Assembly (NCBI GenBank): GCA_045863235.1
Contig: BTUM01000052.1
Span: 1 to 57,110 of the forward strand
Length of the DNA: 57,110 nucleotides
Reading direction: 5' to 3'
DNA from: Candidatus Xenobia bacterium
GTDB taxonomy: Bacteria; Vulcanimicrobiota; Xenobia; Xenobiales; QWHO01
The stretch's first letter is position 1. Each line of letters begins with the position of its first letter. A program made the position numbers and the translations under genes. Shown one piece after another: positions 53,573-57,110 of the stretch. The notes below the pieces were generated by a model, which saw nothing but the letters and a program-made list of their open reading frames with translations, was not told the origin of the DNA and searched no databases.

Positions 53573-53767
53573 GAATAGTCGATACAGGCCGAGGGAATCC
53601 ATGACCTGGTTACGGGGATGTCGCCGAATTTCGCCAGCGGGACTGTGAGCTGTCGACACCACAATCGGTTTTGCATCAGCTGCTCGACTGGAAGTCCGGC
53701 CGCAAGCCCCCACCTGTGGCGTCGGAGGGAGCTGAACTCTCGACCTCTTTTCCCGCCGCCAATCCTC

Positions 53768-53798
53768 AATTGACGACAGTTTCGTCATTTGGTATGAT
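53768..53798 (+). promoter_or_regulatory. sigma70 promoter with overlapping inverted repeat
   Basis: TTGACG(53770-53775)-N17-TATGAT(53793-53798) with TGn extension; palindrome TGACGA-CAGTT-TCGTCA at 53771-53787. Confidence 0.75.
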
Positions 53799-53806
53799 TT
53801 TTGACG

Positions 53807-54949
53807 GTGAGTCCGTCACTTGACAGAATTCTGAACCTGCCCGCACTGCTTGGCAAGAAGTCTCATTTTCTGCTTGGGCCGCGCCAGACCGGCAAGACGT
53901 TTCTCATTCGCAAGACACTCCCGGACGCTGCCCTCTATGACCTGCTCGACTCGGCCACGTTTCTCTCTCTCAGTCGCGACCCTGGTCGGCTTGGAAAGGA
54001 GCTCTCCTCAGCCGAGCAGGTCGCGGTTATCGACGAGATCCAACGCCTTCCCGAGTTGCTCAACGAGGTGCACCGACTGATCGAAGAGCGCGGAATCCGG
54101 TTCCTTCTTACCGGATCCAGCGCGCGCAAGCTCCGCCGCGGAGGGGTCAACCTGCTGGGGGGCAGGGCCCGGACCAGGCGGTTGCACCCCCTGACCTTCA
54201 AAGAGCTTGGGCCGCACTATTCGCTGACCCAGGTTTTGAGCCGGGGGACTCTGCCTTCGATCTACTTCTCGGAAGACCCGATGGCCGACCTGGAAGCCTA
54301 CGCGGGCTCTTACCTTCAAGAGGAGATCGTAGCTGAGGGAGCGACCCGCAATGTGCCGGCCTTTAGCCGCTTCCTGAAGGTGGCCGCGCTGTGCAATGCG
54401 ACCGTGGTCAACTTCACCCAGGTATCCAATGATGCGCAGGTCGCTCGTACTACGGTTTACGAATACTTCGAGGTTCTGAAGGATACACTCGTCCTGACCG
54501 AGCTTCCCGCCTGGAGAAAATCCACCACCCGCAAACCCCTCGTGTCCTCCAAATACTACCTGTTTGACGTGGGCGTGGCAGCGACACTCCAGGGTCGGAT
54601 CATCCGTCCCGGCACACCTGAATTCGGAGAGGCTCTCGAGACTTACTTGATGCACGAGTTGCGGGCCTACTGCGACTACGTCTCGGGCGAGCCTCTGGCT
54701 TTCTGGCGGTCGAGCTCGGGATACGAGGTCGATTTCATTCTCGGCGAGCACACCGCCGTCGAAGTCAAGGCGAAAGCGACGGTCTCCCCGCGCGATCTTC
54801 GGTCCTTACGCGCTCTTTCGCAAGAGGGGCGCATGAGGAGGCTTCTCTGCGTGAGCCTGGACGTGAGGCCTCGCCGCGAGGACGGTATCGAGATCGTGCC
54901 TGTGAGCATTTTTCTGGAGAGGCTCTGGAGCGGGGAGCTCGCCGGCTGA
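53807..54949 (+). CDS. AAA_14 ATPase with DUF4143 (PD-(D/E)XK-like) C-terminus
   Basis: GPRQTGKT, IDEIQ, LTGSSAR, L.GRA, K.YLFD.G, EVDF..AVEVK. Start GTG 53807 or TTG 53801. Confidence 0.92.
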   Translation: MSPSLDRILNLPALLGKKSHFLLGPRQTGKTFLIRKTLPDAALYDLLDSATFLSLSRDPGRLGKELSSAEQVAVIDEIQRLPELLNEVHRLIEERGIRFLLTGSSARKLRRGGVNLLGGRARTRRLHPLTFKELGPHYSLTQVLSRGTLPSIYFSEDPMADLEAYAGSYLQEEIVAEGATRNVPAFSRFLKVAALCNATVVNFTQVSNDAQVARTTVYEYFEVLKDTLVLTELPAWRKSTTRKPLVSSKYYLFDVGVAATLQGRIIRPGTPEFGEALETYLMHELRAYCDYVSGEPLAFWRSSSGYEVDFILGEHTAVEVKAKATVSPRDLRSLRALSQEGRMRRLLCVSLDVRPRREDGIEIVPVSIFLERLWSGELAG

Positions 54950-55019
54950 TGCAAACACCGGCCTTGAATCCCTTCCGTTGTCCAGGGTTAGCCGGCGCCC
55001 CTCTCGAACCTCCGTTCCC

Positions 55020-55790
55020 ATGATGGTCCTGACGGTCCAGGAACGGTTGCAGGCGCTCGTGCGCGAGCGCTCCAGGAGGGTACTGTCCTGTCTTGGTCGA
55101 GCCCGTCGCACTCCCGACGAGCCGGCTGTGCACGACCTTCGCGTGGCCTGCCGTCGGATGGATGCCACTCTCGAGATGCTCGACAGCCTGGGAGGCCGCG
55201 TGGCGGGACCCCGTCGACGGCTCCGACGGCTTCGCAAGCTGGCCGGTCCTCTGCGCGACCTGCACGTTCTGGAGGCCTGGCTGGCCGATCAGCGAGGCGA
55301 GTGGCCCGCGCTGGACACAATCCTGCTGCGCCTTCCGCGACAGATCAGGCGCGCCTCCAAACGTCTGGTCAAGAACCTGAAGCAGTATCCCCGCAAGAAG
55401 CTCAAGCGAGCCCTGGCCAGGGTGGTGGTTCCTGAGGAGGCGGACGAGCCGGCCATTCTGGAGAGCCTCGAGAGAGTGGAAAGCGACTGGCACGAACGCG
55501 TGCGCCGGAAGGCTCCCTGGCACGAGGTGCGCATCGCGCTCAAGCGTTACCGCTATCAGGCCGAGCTGGTGGCCGCCCTGGGGCTCGGCCAGCCCGACCT
55601 GGAGCAACTTCGTCACGGTCAGGAGCTGCTCGGCCAGGTGCAAGACCTGGAGGTGCAATCGGAGAAGCTCGAGGAATTCTGGCGCAAATCCGTTCTCGAG
55701 CGCATGGGCATCCACGCCTTTGTGACCCACTGCCGAAGTCAGCGCGACCGTTTGATTCAGGAGTGCGCGAGCGCTTTTGCCTCGGTTTGA
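55020..55790 (+). CDS. CHAD domain-containing protein
   Basis: VHDLRVACRR, G.LRDL.V, HEVRIALKRYRY..E, QE.LG..QD. Confidence 0.9.
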   Translation: MMVLTVQERLQALVRERSRRVLSCLGRARRTPDEPAVHDLRVACRRMDATLEMLDSLGGRVAGPRRRLRRLRKLAGPLRDLHVLEAWLADQRGEWPALDTILLRLPRQIRRASKRLVKNLKQYPRKKLKRALARVVVPEEADEPAILESLERVESDWHERVRRKAPWHEVRIALKRYRYQAELVAALGLGQPDLEQLRHGQELLGQVQDLEVQSEKLEEFWRKSVLERMGIHAFVTHCRSQRDRLIQECASAFASV

Positions 55791-55900
55791 TGTGAACAAC
55801 CTGTTCACGACTCTGTAACCGAAAGATAACATCGCTTTCGTTGAGCTTCCAGGCCGCGGCTGGTAGCCTATCATGGGGAGATGGCGCTCGGGAGGCCTGG

Positions 55901-57110
55901 TTGGCGAGGTCTGGGGACGACCGCAAGGTCGAGAAGATAGAGCTGTTCGTCAAGCGTGCCGCGGAGCCGGCCGAGAAGAATCGGCCGACTCGTCGCGTCG
56001 AGCCGGACCGCGTACTGCGCTTTGTGGGCGAGGTGCTCAAGAAGGGCTCGGATGCGCTGGAGAAGGCTTTCCCGGACCCTCCGCGTCGCACCGATGGTCG
56101 CCCGGATGCGGAAACGGCCTGGAAGCGACTGGGCGGGGGGTTGGATCCGACTTCCGAGAAGCCCGCCCTGTCGCCCGACCGTCGGCGTCACATCGAGGAG
56201 CGAGCGCTGGAGGAAGTCGCCGGCCAGGCTCGCCTGCGCCCGAGTGCCGAGGCCAGGGTCAACGGGGGAGAGGGGGCGCGAGAAGCGAAGCGCCTGCTCG
56301 AGTCCGGTGAGGATGAGGCCGTCAAGGTCGTTCAGGAGGTCGAGAAATCGCGCCGCTCGGAAGGCGGGCCTCGGCCGGTGCTCGTGGTGAAAGAGCCCGG
56401 GTCCTCCGATGACGCCGCCGCAGGGGTGGCTGAGACCCGTCCTTCCGAGGACGGCTCTTCTCGTTCCGTGCTCGTGGTGAGCGAGCCCAGGCCCTCCGAG
56501 GACGGGATTGCGCGTCCATCTGCCGTGGTCGTGGCTGAGACCCGGACCTCCGAGGATGGCTCTCGTTCCGTGCTCGTGGTGAGCGAGCCCAGGCCCTCCG
56601 AGGACGGATCTGCGCGTCCCCCCACGGTAGCCGTCGAGGCCCGGGCCCCCCAGGATGGCTCCGGTCCCGTCCTCGTGGTGAGCGAGCCCAGACCGTCCGA
56701 GGACGGCTCTGCTCGTCCACCTGCCGTGGTTGTGGCTGAGACTCGGACCTCCCAGGATGGCTCATCCCGTCCGGCCGTGGTGGTGCTCAAGGAGCCTGGG
56801 CCGGGTGGACCTCCGCGAGCTCAGGAGAATCGTCCGGCCGTAGTGGTGGTGAGGGAGACGGCGCCGACCCGGCCTCCCGAGGACGCCAGAGCGCGTCCGC
56901 CGGCCGTGGTGGTCGCCGAGGCCCGGCCCAGGGAGGATGGCTCAGCGCGTCCGGCGGTCGTGGTGGTGAGCGAGACCAGGCCTCCTGAGGACGGCAACGC
57001 GCGTCCGCCGGCCGTGGTCGCCGCCGAGGCCCGGCCCACGGAGGATGGCCCAGCTCGTCCGGCGGTCGTGGTGGTGAGCGAGACCAGGCCTCCTGAGGAC
57101 GGCAACGCGC
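55901..57110 (+). CDS. Tandem-repeat protein, 3'-truncated by the window end (absent from the ORF track)
   Basis: Promoter TTGAGC(55841)-N17-TAGCCT(55864), GGGAGG RBS, TTG 55901. Frame read by hand is open to 57110: MARSGDDRKVEKIELFVK... followed by repeats such as RPAVVVVSETRPPEDGNA. Confidence 0.8.
   Translation, partial: MARSGDDRKVEKIELFVKRAAEPAEKNRPTRRVEPDRVLRFVGEVLKKGSDALEKAFPDPPRRTDGRPDAETAWKRLGGGLDPTSEKPALSPDRRRHIEERALEEVAGQARLRPSAEARVNGGEGAREAKRLLESGEDEAVKVVQEVEKSRRSEGGPRPVLVVKEPGSSDDAAAGVAETRPSEDGSSRSVLVVSEPRPSEDGIARPSAVVVAETRTSEDGSRSVLVVSEPRPSEDGSARPPTVAVEARAPQDGSGPVLVVSEPRPSEDGSARPPAVVVAETRTSQDGSSRPAVVVLKEPGPGGPPRAQENRPAVVVVRETAPTRPPEDARARPPAVVVAEARPREDGSARPAVVVVSETRPPEDGNARPPAVVAAEARPTEDGPARPAVVVVSETRPPEDGNA
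56371..57110 (+). repeat. Coding tandem repeat, units of about 51-54 bp arranged as dimers of about 105-108 bp
   Basis: For example CGTCCGGCGGTCGTGGTGGTGAGCGAGACCAGGCCTCCTGAGGACGGCAACGCGC occurs identically at 56948 and 57056. Confidence 0.9.

Noticed and set aside
53552..53788. 78-aa minus-strand ORF as a regulator of the AAA gene
   Set aside because: No HTH or other motif, atypical codon usage, and it overlaps the promoter.
56371..57110. CRISPR or non-coding repeat array; minus-strand ORFs 56322..56765, 56332..56790 and 56821..57105
   Set aside because: Unit lengths are multiples of three with largely synonymous-type variation in the open plus frame, so this is a coding repeat and the minus ORFs are its shadows.

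Overview
A 57 kb GC-rich bacterial chromosomal segment with about 45 genes. I found no rRNA, tRNA, CRISPR array, integrase or transposase. The housekeeping-type content is a UvrD-type helicase, thymidine kinase, KtrAB/TrkAH, an OPT transporter, an RND efflux operon with MarR and TolC, an endonuclease Q family protein, two VapBC-type toxin-antitoxin pairs, a PilV/PilW/PilX-like minor pilin cluster and several signalling proteins. TolC implies a diderm cell; the protein style suggests Eremiobacterota/Vulcanimicrobiota, which is an unverified inference. I could not demonstrate one compact new multi-gene system. The best leads are: (1) a secreted bacterial homolog of the mainly eukaryotic GH162 endo-beta-1,2-glucanase; (2) a Ser/Thr kinase fused to a histidine-kinase core lacking its His, an intact receiver and a His-less Hpt; (3) a GAF protein whose C-terminal half reads like a cryptic class III nucleotide cyclase; (4) a UvrD helicase with a sigma70 region-4-like tail; (5) three peptidases without Sec signals that look like effectors; (6) a hidden, internally deleted paralog of the WD40 gene that exposes conserved terminal motifs; (7) two genes missing from the ORF track, a 56-aa HicB-like gene and a tandem-repeat protein running off the right end; (8) several near-consensus leaderless promoters. 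All family assignments come from motif recognition by eye, not from database searches.
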